Shown piece by piece: positions 1-11,288 of a DNA stretch of 45,845 nucleotides. Numbering within the stretch: the stretch's first letter is position 1; each line of letters opens with the position of its first letter. The stretch lies in the NCBI GenBank assembly GCA_001830835.1, contig MICJ01000108.1, forward strand, positions 1 to 45,845. The letters run 5' to 3'. The DNA is from Syntrophobacterales bacterium GWC2_56_13. GTDB lineage: Bacteria; Desulfobacterota; Syntrophia; Syntrophales; UBA5619. The notes beneath the pieces were generated by a model, which did not search any database, was not told the origin of the DNA, and worked only from the letters and a program-made list of their open reading frames with translations. The translations under genes and the position numbers were made by a program.

Positions 1-2836
1 CAACGGCGGGGACGTCGACGACGCCGCCGATGTTGATGCCGCAGTGGCAGACGAAGACCCCCGTCCTCGGGCCGATCCCCCGCAGATCGCTCTCCATGGG
101 GAGTTCCTCCGCCGTGGTCAAAGTGCCCCGGCGGGAGGCGAGGAGTCCTTCCGCACAGGCGGCGGCGCCGCTCGCCTCCATGACCGTCTCGGGGATGTCC
201 TTGGGACCTCCGAAGGCGCCGCAGACAAAAACCCCTTCCCGGGAGGTCTGGACAGGATTTTCGCGCAACGTTTTACAGAAACCGTGTTCCTCGAGCTCAA
301 TGCCCAGGTTTTTCGCAAGTGCGACCGCTTCCTGCGGCGGCGTCATACCGACGGACAGGACAACCATGTCGAACTCCTCTTCGGCGAGGCTCCCGTCCTC
401 CCGGACGTACTTGACGAGAAGATTCTTCGTCTGCTGGAGTTCCTTGAGGGTCGAAGGCATGGAACGGATGTAGCGGATGCCGTACTCCTGTTTTGCACGG
501 TTGACGAAGCGGTCGAAGTCCTTGCCGTGGGCCCGGATGTCCATAAAGAAGATGGTCGGCTCCAGTCCCTTGGCGTGCTCCTTGCCGATGATCGCCTCTT
601 TCGTGGCGTACATGCAGCACACGGAAGAGCACCAACTGTTGCCGCAGGAGGTGTCGCGGGAACCCACGCACTGGATGAAGGCGATCTTCTTCGGCTCTTT
701 TCCGTCGGAGATCCGCTGGACATGGCCGAAGTAGGGACCCGAAGCGGAGAGGATCCGTTCGAACTGGATGCTGGTCACGACGTTCTGGTATAAGCCGTAG
801 CCGTACTCGCCCCGGAGGCGGGGATCGAACACCTCGAAACCGGGCGCCGCGATGATGGAGCCGACCTCGATCGTCTCCTCGGCAAAGGTCATCTCATGGT
901 CGATCGCCTTGGCCAAGCAGGCCTCGACGCACTGGTAGCACTCTGAACAGATGCCGCAGGCAAGACAGCGGTTCGCCTCCCGGACGGCCTCCTCCTCGCT
1001 GAATCCGATCCCCACTTCTCGAAAATCGTCCTTCCTCTCTTCCGGTTTCAGAAGGGGATAGCTGACCCGGGGAACCTTGGCCACCTGCGAGACGTCGGCC
1101 TTGTCGGCGAGATCCTTCGTCCAGTCCTTTGCCCTGCCCGTCCGGATCTCCTGATCGCTCAGATAGCGGTCGATGGAAACGGCCGCTTCCTTCCCGGCAT
1201 AGACGGCCTTGACGACCGTGGCCGGGCCGGTCACATTATCGCCGCCGGCGAAGACGCCGGGAACGCTGGTTGCAAAGGTGACGGGATCGACGTCGAATGT
1301 GTTCCATTTATTGATCGCGATGCCGCTCTCCTTCGGGATAAAGGAGAGATCCGCCGCCTGGCCGATTGCCGGGACGACCGTGTCCAGAGCGATTGTGAAT
1401 TCGGAGCCCTTCACGGGGAGGGGACGGCGGCGTCCGCTGGCATCGGGCTCGCCGAGTTCCATCCGGATGCATTCGATCCCCGTGACCTTCCCGCCCTCGC
1501 CAAGGATGCGGACCGGGGCCACGAGGAATTCTATCTGGATCCTTTCTTCGAGGGCCTCCTCGATCTCTTCGGGTGAAGCAGGCATCTCGGCCCGGGAGCG
1601 GCGATAAAGGATGAAGACATCCTTCGAGCCCGTGCGGATCGCCGTCCGGACGGCATCCATGGCCACATTGCCGCCGCCGATGACGGCGACCCGGTTGCCG
1701 AGGAAGACCTTCTCGCCCAGATTGACCCGTCTGAGGTAATCGACGCCATGGACGACCCCCTGGAGATCCTCGCCCGGAACGTCGAGCTTGCTGGAGAGGA
1801 CCGTCCCGCAGCCGATGAAGACGGCGTCGTAGTCCTGCCGGAGTTTTTCGAACGGGATGTCCTTGCCGATGCCGGTATTGAGGTGGATCTTTACCCCGAG
1901 ATCCTCGATGACCTCGATCTCCGCCCTCAGAACGTCCTTGGGGAGGCGGTATTCGGGGATGCCTACGGCGAGCCAACCGCCGGCCACGGGCAGGGCCTCG
2001 AACACGTCGACGTCGTAGCCTTCAATTGCAAGATAGTACGCGGCGGTGAGCCCCGCGGGACCGGCGCCGACAACGGCAACCTTCTTTCCTTTCTTTTCTT
2101 TCACCTCGGGGATGAAGCGGGTCTCCGCCCGCAGATCCAGGTCGGCCACGAAGCGCTTCAGATGCATGATGTCGATCGGTTCATCCACCTCGCCCCGCTT
2201 GCAGGCCTCCTCGCAGGGGTGGTTGCAGACCCGGCCACAGACGATGGGAAAGGGATTGTCCCTCTTGATCAGTTTCAGGGCTTCCTTGAACTTTCCCGCT
2301 GCGATCAGGGCCACATACCCCTGAACGCTGATGTGGGTGGGACAGGCCGCCTTGCAGGGGGAGGTCCCCAGCTTGTCGATCGCAAAACCGGAGGGAATGG
2401 CCTGAGGAAAGTGGCGGTAGACGGCCTTGCGGGTGTTGAGCAATTCATTGAAATCGGAAGGGACGGAGATGGGGCAGACATTGGCGCAGTCCCCGCAGCC
2501 GGTGCACTTGTCGAGGTCCACAAACCGGGGGGCTTTTGTCATCCGGACGCGGAAATGACCGGCCTCGCCCTCGACGGCCTCCACGGTCCGCCCGGTCATG
2601 ATCTCGACATTGGGATGCCGTCCGACCTCTACCAGTTTTGGGGAAAGGATGCAGGCCGAACAGTCATTCGTAGGGAAGGTCTTGTCCAACTGGGCCATGA
2701 CGCCGCCGATGCTGATCCCCCGCTCCACGAGAAATACCTTCATCCCGGAATTGGCAAGGTCAAGTGACGCCTGGATGCCTGCAATCCCCGACCCCACCAC
2801 CATAACCGCACCGACTTTATCGCTCTCTTTCAGCAC
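1..2836 (-). CDS. HdrA-like heterodisulfide reductase subunit with an inserted NfnB/GltD-like NAD(P)H-FAD module (HdrL-type fusion). The C-terminus runs off the left edge.
   Basis: Absent from the ORF track because there is no stop in the window. My own minus-strand translation from GTG 2836 (AGGGGTGA SD-like upstream) stays open to position 1. It reads VLKESDKVGAVMVVGSGIAGIQASLDLANSGMKVFLVERG...DKTFPTNDCSACILSPKLVEV (HdrA signature) and CTGCGDCANVCP (4Fe-4S). It then shows KVAVVGAGPAGLTAAYYLA...GIPEYRLPK (GltD/NfnB type), followed by CLACGICSECYQCVEAC and CSSVCCMYATKEA. The + strand ORFs listed here are antisense artefacts. Confidence 0.85.
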   Translation of the reverse strand, partial: MLKESDKVGAVMVVGSGIAGIQASLDLANSGMKVFLVERGISIGGVMAQLDKTFPTNDCSACILSPKLVEVGRHPNVEIMTGRTVEAVEGEAGHFRVRMTKAPRFVDLDKCTGCGDCANVCPISVPSDFNELLNTRKAVYRHFPQAIPSGFAIDKLGTSPCKAACPTHISVQGYVALIAAGKFKEALKLIKRDNPFPIVCGRVCNHPCEEACKRGEVDEPIDIMHLKRFVADLDLRAETRFIPEVKEKKGKKVAVVGAGPAGLTAAYYLAIEGYDVDVFEALPVAGGWLAVGIPEYRLPKDVLRAEIEVIEDLGVKIHLNTGIGKDIPFEKLRQDYDAVFIGCGTVLSSKLDVPGEDLQGVVHGVDYLRRVNLGEKVFLGNRVAVIGGGNVAMDAVRTAIRTGSKDVFILYRRSRAEMPASPEEIEEALEERIQIEFLVAPVRILGEGGKVTGIECIRMELGEPDASGRRRPLPVKGSEFTIALDTVVPAIGQAADLSFIPKESGIAINKWNTFDVDPVTFATSVPGVFAGGDNVTGPATVVKAVYAGKEAAVSIDRYLSDQEIRTGRAKDWTKDLADKADVSQVAKVPRVSYPLLKPEERKDDFREVGIGFSEEEAVREANRCLACGICSECYQCVEACLAKAIDHEMTFAEETIEVGSIIAAPGFEVFDPRLRGEYGYGLYQNVVTSIQFERILSASGPYFGHVQRISDGKEPKKIAFIQCVGSRDTSCGNSWCSSVCCMYATKEAIIGKEHAKGLEPTIFFMDIRAHGKDFDRFVNRAKQEYGIRYIRSMPSTLKELQQTKNLLVKYVREDGSLAEEEFDMVVLSVGMTPPQEAVALAKNLGIELEEHGFCKTLRENPVQTSREGVFVCGAFGGPKDIPETVMEASGAAACAEGLLASRRGTLTTAEELPMESDLRGIGPRTGVFVCHCGINIGGVVDVPAV

Positions 2837-3093
2837 CCGTTCACCCCTTTTTTCGGATTCTGGAGATGGAAGTTTGAAACGAAATTACCTTGCAGCCTTA
2901 GCTTTTGTTCATCGGTCGGTGCGGATATCACGAATCAATTTTAGAGTCAAGAGCTATTTCTGACCGGCGGTCATAAACGGGGCAAGGAATTTGCGTGCAT
3001 ATTCTGAATAATCCCGAACGGAAACTATTGCACTGGAGGATAAACTGGATTATAAAGTCCGCACTATAGGGAAAATATGGGCTGGCCGGCGAA

Positions 3094-4506
3094 ATGAAAA
3101 AACCTGTTTTCGTTTTCATTTTATTGCTCGCGTTTTTGAGCGTCTGCGTTTCAGATGCCTCAGCAATCGAATATGAGATAATGCCTGTTAATCCGGGCAT
3201 GATCGCACCTTTTATCCTGCTCCTTTTCGCCATCGCATTGATGCCTCTGGTCAATATCCATTGGTGGGAACGGAAATATCCTGCGGTTGCCGTTGGCTTG
3301 GGGATCATCCCGGTGGTCTATTATTTCTTCGTGCTTAAGAATGGCCCCCGGATGATCTCAACGGGTCTGGAATACTTCAGTTTTATTGCATTGATCGGCT
3401 CCCTGTTCGTCGTCTCGGGGGGAATCCACATCAAGATCAGGGGAAGGTCCACTCCCATGGCCAACGTCATTCTTCTGGCGATCGGAGCCGTGATCTCCAA
3501 TTTACTCGGAACAACCGGGGCTTCCATGGTTCTCATCCGGCCATATATCAGGACAAATAAGTACAGGATTTCGGGATACCACATTGTCTTTTTCATTTTC
3601 ATCGTTTCCAACATCGGCGGGATGTTGACCCCCATCGGCGATCCTCCCCTTTTCCTCGGGTATCTCAAAGGCGTTCCTTTTTTCTGGGTGATCGGCCGTG
3701 TCTGGATGATCTGGCTTATTTCCGTCTGTGCAGTTCTCCTTACGTTCTATGTCATCGACAGACACTACTACAGGAAAATGCCCGATACATTAGAACGCGA
3801 GGTCGAAGAAGAGGGCGAGCACGCAATGGTCGAAGGGCTGCACAATATCATTTTCCTGCTGGTGATCATCGGCGCCGTTTTCTTATCGGAACCGATCCGT
3901 GAGATCATTATGATCGGCGCCGCGATTGCCAGTTACTATACGACAAAAAATGAAGTTCATGAACGAAACGAGTTCAACTTCATACCCATCAAGGAAGTGG
4001 CCATCTTGTTTGTGGGGATTTTCGCTACCATGGTGCCCGCGCTTGACTGGCTGGAATTGAATGCCGGACAATTGGGCATTACCAAACCGGCTCAATTTTA
4101 TTGGGGATCTGGCGTGCTCTCCAGTTTTTTAGATAACGCTCCAACCTATTTGAATTTTCTCAGCGCCGCTTTCGGCCTTCATGGACTGAGCGTAGACAAC
4201 GCCCTCCATATGCAGGCGATGCTCGGAACGCTTTCTCCGAATGACCTGGCTCATCTTCAGACGCTTCACGTATCCGTAGTCCAGTCTGTCACTGCGGATT
4301 CATGGAAGTATATACAGGCCATATCCGCAGGCGCCGTGCTCTTTGGCGCCATGACCTATATCGGAAATGGACCAAATTTCATGGTTAAATCCATTGCCGA
4401 ACATGCGCGTGTAAAGATGCCTACCTTCATTGGGTACATGGTGAAGTATTCCATTCCGATCCTGCTCCCGATCTTTGCCCTGATCTGGTATCTCTTTTTC
4501 AGATAA
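3094..4506 (+). CDS. ArsB/NhaD-superfamily polytopic ion transporter (putative Na+/H+ antiporter)
   Basis: 470-aa ORF that is hydrophobic throughout with about 10-12 predicted TM segments. The motif NIGGMLTPIGDPPLFLGYL is typical of NhaD/CitMHS-like permeases. There is an N-terminal signal-like segment. Confidence 0.6.
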   Translation: MKKPVFVFILLLAFLSVCVSDASAIEYEIMPVNPGMIAPFILLLFAIALMPLVNIHWWERKYPAVAVGLGIIPVVYYFFVLKNGPRMISTGLEYFSFIALIGSLFVVSGGIHIKIRGRSTPMANVILLAIGAVISNLLGTTGASMVLIRPYIRTNKYRISGYHIVFFIFIVSNIGGMLTPIGDPPLFLGYLKGVPFFWVIGRVWMIWLISVCAVLLTFYVIDRHYYRKMPDTLEREVEEEGEHAMVEGLHNIIFLLVIIGAVFLSEPIREIIMIGAAIASYYTTKNEVHERNEFNFIPIKEVAILFVGIFATMVPALDWLELNAGQLGITKPAQFYWGSGVLSSFLDNAPTYLNFLSAAFGLHGLSVDNALHMQAMLGTLSPNDLAHLQTLHVSVVQSVTADSWKYIQAISAGAVLFGAMTYIGNGPNFMVKSIAEHARVKMPTFIGYMVKYSIPILLPIFALIWYLFFR

Positions 4507-4588
4507 CGCAGCAATCTTCTTGTTTTGATAAAGCACTGTTCGGTTGTCGCTGGTATTGATTCTGGTCGGGAGGGGCAACCATCAGCGA

Positions 4589-5188
4589 TCAAAGACCCGG
4601 TTCAAGCACAGTCGCCTTGATGATCTCCCGCCAGAGGATGTCCTTCCCCTCGCCCGTTTTCGCTGAGAAAGAAATCAGCGGCATTGCGGGCGAGAGGGCC
4701 AGATCCTCACCGATCCGCCGCTTGCGCTCCGCAAGCTGATTCCGCGACACCTTGTCGATCTTCGTCAGGACAATGAGAAAACGGAGACGGTAAAATTGCA
4801 ACCAGCCTATCAACTGGTGGTCTTCATCCGACGGATCGCGCCTTATGTCGAGGATCAGAACGACAAGCCGGAGGGTCTGCCGCTCCCTGAGATAGGTCTC
4901 GATCATCGGCCCCCACTGCTTCCGGATCGCCTCGGGAACCTTTGCATATCCATACCCGGGAAGATCGATGAAGGCGAATCGGTTGTTGACGGTAAAGAAG
5001 TTGATCTCCTGTGTCCGCCCCGGCGTGTTGCTGGTCCGGGCCAGTCCCTTCCGCTTCACGAGAGTATTGATGAGGGAGGATTTTCCCACATTCGACCGGC
5101 CGGCGAAGGCGATCTCCGGCAGGACGGCCGGCGGATAGTGGGCGGGTTCCTTGGCGGAGAGGACAAATTCGGCGGACAATACCTTCAT
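4589..5188 (-). CDS. engB: Ribosome-biogenesis GTPase EngB/YihA
   Basis: Reads MKVLSAEFVLSAKEP...IAFAGRSNVGKSSLINTLV (G1), DLPGYGYA (G3) and TKIDK (G4). I chose ATG 5188 (AAGGAA 9 nt upstream) rather than the track start at 5320, because 5189-5320 lies inside the RNase P RNA gene. Confidence 0.9.
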   Translation of the reverse strand: MKVLSAEFVLSAKEPAHYPPAVLPEIAFAGRSNVGKSSLINTLVKRKGLARTSNTPGRTQEINFFTVNNRFAFIDLPGYGYAKVPEAIRKQWGPMIETYLRERQTLRLVVLILDIRRDPSDEDHQLIGWLQFYRLRFLIVLTKIDKVSRNQLAERKRRIGEDLALSPAMPLISFSAKTGEGKDILWREIIKATVLEPGL

Positions 5189-5211
5189 ATTGTGATTCCT
5201 TTGGAATAGAA

Positions 5212-5597
5212 GGGTGTCCGAGCAGATCGTAAGCCGAATTCTGTTCCGCCTTCCGGTCACCCGGAGGGCGGCGATGATCATTCCTCTGGGACGGCCGTTG
5301 CCGGCCGCCTCAAGCGACACAACCCGAGAACTTTGAGGCGGGCCGCCCCGTTCTCCTATTCGGTCTTGCTCCGGATGGGGTTTACCAAGCTTTCCCGGTC
5401 GCCCGGGAAACTGGTGAGCTCTTACCTCGCCTTTTCACCCTTACCTCTCCCTGATCGGGAGAGGCGGTATATTTTCTGTGGCACTTTCCTTAGGGTCGCC
5501 CCCAGTCGCCGTTAGCGACCATCCCGCCCTGTGGAGTTCGGACTTTCCTCCGGTCCGGAATACCGGACCGGCGATCATCTGATCTGCTCGGACACTT
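5212..5597 (-). ncRNA. rnpB: RNase P RNA, bacterial type A
   Basis: The minus strand reads ...GGAGGAAAGTCCGAACTCCACAGGGCGGGATGGTCGCTAACGGCGAC...GAAAGTGCCACAGAAAA...GGTAAGGGTGAAAAGGCGAGGTAAGAGCTCACCAG...GGTAAACCCCATCCGGAGCAAGACCGAATAGG...ACAGAATTCGGCTTAC. These are the universally conserved CR-I to CR-V blocks. P1 is formed by GTGTCCGAGCAGATC (5595-5581) pairing with GATCTGCTCGGACAC (5228-5214). The ends are accurate to about +/-5 nt. Confidence 0.9.
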
Positions 5598-5746
5598 ATC
5601 ATCCCTCCATCCCCCGCCGGCGCACCTCTCCGGCCGATCTCCGTCTCATCGACGGCTTCATTTGCCAGTGCATCCGCCGGTCTATTTCGATCCCTGTATA
5701 CCTTTTCCGCCCTGCAGGCGTCAAGTGCGGAAGACGGCCACGGTCA

Positions 5747-6460
5747 TCAACCGTCTCTACGCTCCCAGTAGATGATCCGGTTGCAGTTAGGGCAGGTGAT
5801 CAGGGTTGTGGACCTTTGTAAATTATTATACAGTTGGGGGGGAATAGACATATGACACCCGTCGCAGACCTCCTTCCAGACCGACACCACGGCAACGACT
5901 CGACCGGCGTTTTTGATCTGTTCGTATTTTCTGAGGATCTCGGGAGAGATGCCCTTCTTCAGATCAGCGCTCTTCCGGACGCAAACGCCAAGCTCCCCCG
6001 CAAGCGAGTTGAGTTCCTCCTCCATCTTCTTCTTTTCCTCTCCATAACGGAGACGATGGGCGTCCAGTTCTTCTTCTCTCTTCTTCACGGACGTTTCGAG
6101 CCGGTCAAGCTCGTCCAGGAGAGAAATAATCTCGTCCTCCATGCGGCTGTTCTTCTCCTCAAGGGTTTCGATCTCCTTAAGTATAGACTGATATTCCTTG
6201 TTCGTCTTGACCTCAAAGAGCCTTTCCCGGGACCGTTTTAGGGTCTCCTGCCCCTTCTGGAGATGGATGTCCTTTTCCCGCCGGCTTTTCCTAAGGGCTT
6301 CCAACTGCTCTCGTTCCTTCTCCACCACCTCGCAACAGGCCTTGAATTCCTCTTCCAATCTGCTTATCCGGACCGGCAGATCCTTCTTTTTCGCGATAAT
6401 CCCGGCTGCTGCCGACTCCGTCTTCTGGAGTTTAATCAGGATTGCCAACTGTTCTCTCAA
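5747..6460 (-). CDS. Coiled-coil protein with C-terminal C4 zinc ribbon (COG1579/DUF164-like)
   Basis: 237-aa ORF with a long heptad-rich E/K/L region, followed by CDGCHMSIPPQ...CPNCNRIIY (CxxC...CxxC zinc ribbon). Confidence 0.75.
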   Translation of the reverse strand: MREQLAILIKLQKTESAAAGIIAKKKDLPVRISRLEEEFKACCEVVEKEREQLEALRKSRREKDIHLQKGQETLKRSRERLFEVKTNKEYQSILKEIETLEEKNSRMEDEIISLLDELDRLETSVKKREEELDAHRLRYGEEKKKMEEELNSLAGELGVCVRKSADLKKGISPEILRKYEQIKNAGRVVAVVSVWKEVCDGCHMSIPPQLYNNLQRSTTLITCPNCNRIIYWERRDG

Positions 6461-6500
6461 CCGCTTCCCCCTTTCATCTTGAAAAATTCACCGCCTCCCC

Positions 6501-6529
6501 AAAAAAAAATGCACCAGCCTCTGGTGCAT
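6501..6529 (-). terminator. Rho-independent terminator downstream of tRNA-Met
   Basis: The minus strand shows ATGCACCAG-agg-CTGGTGCAT, a perfect 9-bp stem with a 3-nt loop, followed by a run of 9 T. Confidence 0.7.
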
Positions 6530-6625
6530 TTCAGGAAATTGCTCTTCCTCCCCGATCCGATTTCACTGTCTTGATTAACGTTGATCCGCGTCTCACGCGC
6601 ATCTACTCTCCTTCCTCGTCATCCC

Positions 6626-6701
6626 TGGTGGGCCCACCTGGGTTCGAACCAGGGACCGACCGGTTATGAGCCGGTGGCTCTACCAATTGAGCTATGGGCC
6701 C
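6626..6701 (-). tRNA. tRNA-Met (anticodon CAT), elongator-type, CCA encoded. A lysidine-modified tRNA-Ile2 cannot be excluded.
   Basis: The minus strand reads GGGCCCATAGCTCAATTGGTAGAGCCACCGGCTCATAACCGGTCGGTCCCTGGTTCGAACCCAGGTGGGCCCACCA. This folds into a clean cloverleaf: 7-bp acceptor, GCTC/GAGC D stem, ACCGG/CCGGT anticodon stem with loop CTCATAA, and CCTGG/CCAGG T stem with TTCGAAC. G1-C72 is paired, so it is not an initiator. Confidence 0.93.
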
Positions 6702-6774
6702 TTCCCTTAGCAGGATGAACAGGAACTTCATTTAACCTTGTTTCTTATTACTCACCGCTGTATCTTGTCAACAT

Positions 6775-8529
<1,755 letters not shown>

Positions 8530-8611
8530 ATCGGCTTCTCCATGCAGCCTTTTTTCGGATCCGCCGGCCCACTCCAGCTGCCGACGGCTTATCAAAAAAT
8601 CGGTACGACGA

Positions 8612-10393
8612 TTAAGCAAGCATTTTTTCTTCCTGCATGAGTCTTTCCTTTTCCCTGAGAAGACGGGCGCATAATTCGCCGTTTCCGTCTTCCTCTGCCT
8701 TGCCGATCTGCCTCCGCAGGATCCTGTGCCGCTCCTTGCACCATTTCCGGCGGATCTGCCTGGTGGTATCGACCAGGAGGCGATCCATCCACTCCTCGTG
8801 ATAGGGACTCTCCCGCATCAGCAGAGCGAGGATTTTTACCCTTACCGGACCCTCCGCAAGACCGCTGACGAGGGAAGACGCATCCGGCATCTCCTCTTTT
8901 CCCGCGTCGGCCAGAATCCTCTCTCCGAGAGACTTCAACTCTTCCGTAAGAAAGCAGTTCAACACTCCGGACTCGGCCACCCTCGGGGTCAACGTCGGGT
9001 ATTCCAGCATCATATGGATCAGGCTTAGCTCCAGATGGTCTATCTCTCCGGCGGTTTTGCGCCGCGGCTGGTCAATTTGCGGGGCAGGCGCACGGGAAAG
9101 GGCGCGCTGGACCTCTGTCTTCAAGACATCCTGATCGACATTCAGTTTTTCCGAAACCTTCTTGACGAACAGATTCCTCGCGATGGCATCCTCGATCCGG
9201 CAGATGAAGGATACGGCCTCCCTCAATTTATCCCGGTCCTCCTCCAGAGTTCCCCGTCCGCCGAGGATCTCGTCAATATAATAATCTACCATCGGCAAGG
9301 CCCGGGCCACCAGTTCCTCCGTCTCTTCCCGGCCCCTGGTCCTCACAAAATCATCCGGGTCATATCCATCGGGAAGGATCACCGCCCGCGCATGGATATT
9401 TCCGGCCAGAAACAGTTCGAGACTTCTGGCCAAGGCCTTCCGGCCGGCCTCGTCGGAATCGAAAACGGCCGCCACGTGCGTCGTATAACGCCTGATCAGA
9501 TCGATCTGGGAGCGCGTCAGGGCCGTCCCCAGCGTGGCCACCACATTCGTAATTCCCGCATTCCAGAGGGAAATCAGGTCGAAATATCCCTCGATCAGGA
9601 TGGCAAAGCCTCTCTCGCGGATCGCCTCCCGTGTCCTGGCAAGCCCGTAGAGGTTATTTCCCTTCGTATAAACCGCCGACTCGGGTGAATTCACGTATTT
9701 CGGCTCACCCGCACCCATGACCCGTCCTCCGAAGGCGATGACATGGCCGTCGACGTCTTCGATGGGGATCATCAACCTTCCCCGAAACCGGTCGTAATAA
9801 CCCCGATCCTGCTGCCCCGCTCTCGGCACGATCAGACCAGCCTTTTCTGCGAGCTGGGGGGAGATACCTTTCTTCCCCAGAAAATCGAGCAGATGGCGCC
9901 ATCCGTCCGGGGCAAGGCCGAGCCGAAACGTACTGATCGCCTCCTCGCCGATTCCTCTCTTCCGGAGATATTCCCTGGCCCCCTCCCCCGCCGGTGACCG
10001 GAGCGCATCCGCGAAAAAACCAGCCGCGAGTTCATTGGTCTGACGGATCTGCTCCCGGAGGGTGCGACGCTCCTTCTCCTCGTGACTCACTGTCCTCTCG
10101 GGGATGACGACACCGGCCTTGCCCGCCAGGTGGCGGACCGCCTCGGGAAAGGTCAACTGGTTGAGCTTCATCAGAAAGGAAACGGCATCCCCTCCCTCGC
10201 TGCAACCGAAGCAGTAGAACATCTGTTTTTCAGGACTCACCGTAAACGACGGTGTTTTCTCCCGGTGAAAGGGGCAGAGCCCGAGAAAATTCTTCCCCGC
10301 CTTTCTCAGGGTCACATACTCCCCGATCAGAGAAACGATATCGGCCCGTCTCCGGATCTCCTCGATCTTGTCCTCGGGAATAGACCCCTTCAA
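8612..10393 (-). CDS. dnaG: DNA primase DnaG
   Basis: The zinc-ribbon segment reads [42 protein letters not shown] is marked by [12 protein letters not shown] ... [11 protein letters not shown]. The start is TTG 10393 with a G-rich SD upstream. Confidence 0.93.
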   Translation of the reverse strand: MKGSIPEDKIEEIRRRADIVSLIGEYVTLRKAGKNFLGLCPFHREKTPSFTVSPEKQMFYCFGCSEGGDAVSFLMKLNQLTFPEAVRHLAGKAGVVIPERTVSHEEKERRTLREQIRQTNELAAGFFADALRSPAGEGAREYLRKRGIGEEAISTFRLGLAPDGWRHLLDFLGKKGISPQLAEKAGLIVPRAGQQDRGYYDRFRGRLMIPIEDVDGHVIAFGGRVMGAGEPKYVNSPESAVYTKGNNLYGLARTREAIRERGFAILIEGYFDLISLWNAGITNVVATLGTALTRSQIDLIRRYTTHVAAVFDSDEAGRKALARSLELFLAGNIHARAVILPDGYDPDDFVRTRGREETEELVARALPMVDYYIDEILGGRGTLEEDRDKLREAVSFICRIEDAIARNLFVKKVSEKLNVDQDVLKTEVQRALSRAPAPQIDQPRRKTAGEIDHLELSLIHMMLEYPTLTPRVAESGVLNCFLTEELKSLGERILADAGKEEMPDASSLVSGLAEGPVRVKILALLMRESPYHEEWMDRLLVDTTRQIRRKWCKERHRILRRQIGKAEEDGNGELCARLLREKERLMQEEKMLA

Positions 10394-10405
10394 ATTCCCC
10401 TTCCC

Positions 10406-10852
10406 CTACGCGGACAATCTGGCCTTGACCTTTTCGCCGACCGCCTTGCCGTCCGCCCTGCCGGTCAGTTTCGGCATCACGACCTTCATGACCTTCCCCA
10501 TGTCCCGGGCGCTCGTGGCCCCCGTCTCACGAATAGCCTCCGTGATCGCCGCATCAAGATCTGCTTCCGATAGCTGAGCCGGAAGGAACTCTTCAATGAC
10601 TTTCAGCTCCGCCTGCTCCTTTTCCACGAGATCCATCCGACCGCCTTTTTCAAACTGTTCGATCGAATCCTTCCTCTGCTTGACCATGGAAGAGAGGAGC
10701 TGGAGAAATTCAACCTCGTCCAGTTCACGTTTCAGATCGATTTCCCGGTTATGCAGACCATTTTTCAACATGCGGAGGGCCGACAAGCGGATTTTGTCCT
10801 TGGACTTGGCCGCCAGGATCATTTCCCGGTCCACTGTTTCCTTGAACATCAT
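10406..10852 (-). CDS. yqeY: GatB/YqeY-domain protein
   Basis: 148 aa. The segments LKNGLHNREIDLKREL...EEFLP.QLSE..L...I.EAI.ETGA.S..DMGKVMK fit the YqeY family pattern. Confidence 0.85.
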   Translation of the reverse strand: MMFKETVDREMILAAKSKDKIRLSALRMLKNGLHNREIDLKRELDEVEFLQLLSSMVKQRKDSIEQFEKGGRMDLVEKEQAELKVIEEFLPAQLSEADLDAAITEAIRETGATSARDMGKVMKVVMPKLTGRADGKAVGEKVKARLSA

Positions 10853-10916
10853 GGCTTATGCGTCTCCATTTGGGTTAAGTTAGATCCTCTTTGCGTTTTG
10901 TCAATGAAAATAAGTT

Positions 10917-11261
10917 TCAGTCAAGGCCGGCCCTGAGTTTCTTGCCGCCCAGCAGATGCATGTGAAGATGGAAGATCACCTGTCCCCCTTCTTCATTGCA
11001 GTTGATCACCACCCGGAAACCGCGGCGGTCGATCTTTCTGATCCGGGCCACTTCCTGAGCGGCGGCCATCATGGCCTGCAGATCCGCCATCTCTTCCGCA
11101 CCGACATCCATCAGGGTGGCGATATGGCGCTTGGGTATGATAATGATATGGATCGGAGACAGGGGATGGATGTCCTCAAAGGCCAGGATACTCTCCGTTT
11201 CATACACCTTCAGGCTAGGAATCCCGCCGGCCGCGATTTTACAGAATATGCACTCTTCCAT
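10917..11261 (-). CDS. HIT-family (histidine triad) nucleotide hydrolase
   Basis: Reads CIFCKIAAGGIPS ... HLHMHLLGG (HxHxHxx motif). I prefer ATG 11261 because AAGGAGG lies 5 nt upstream. The track start at 11276 contains that SD. Confidence 0.85.
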   Translation of the reverse strand: MEECIFCKIAAGGIPSLKVYETESILAFEDIHPLSPIHIIIIPKRHIATLMDVGAEEMADLQAMMAAAQEVARIRKIDRRGFRVVINCNEEGGQVIFHLHMHLLGGKKLRAGLD

Positions 11262-11288
11262 AGGCGCCTCCTTCATCTATGAAACGCT

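Noticed and set aside
1748-2767. 339-aa + strand ORF and the other ORFs listed in 30-2963
   Set aside because: They lie antisense or out of frame to the continuous minus-strand HdrA-like reading frame that I translated by hand. They have no recognisable motifs.
5189-5821. Upstream extension of the engB ORF (to 5320) and + strand ORFs 5333-5515 and 5531-5821
   Set aside because: All overlap the RNase P RNA gene, whose conserved blocks are unambiguous. engB homology starts only at MKVLSAEF.
8530-8619. 30-codon upstream extension of rpoD
   Set aside because: It would overlap the dnaG 3-prime end and adds non-homologous residues. ATG 8529 has a proper SD and gives the usual RpoD N-terminus.
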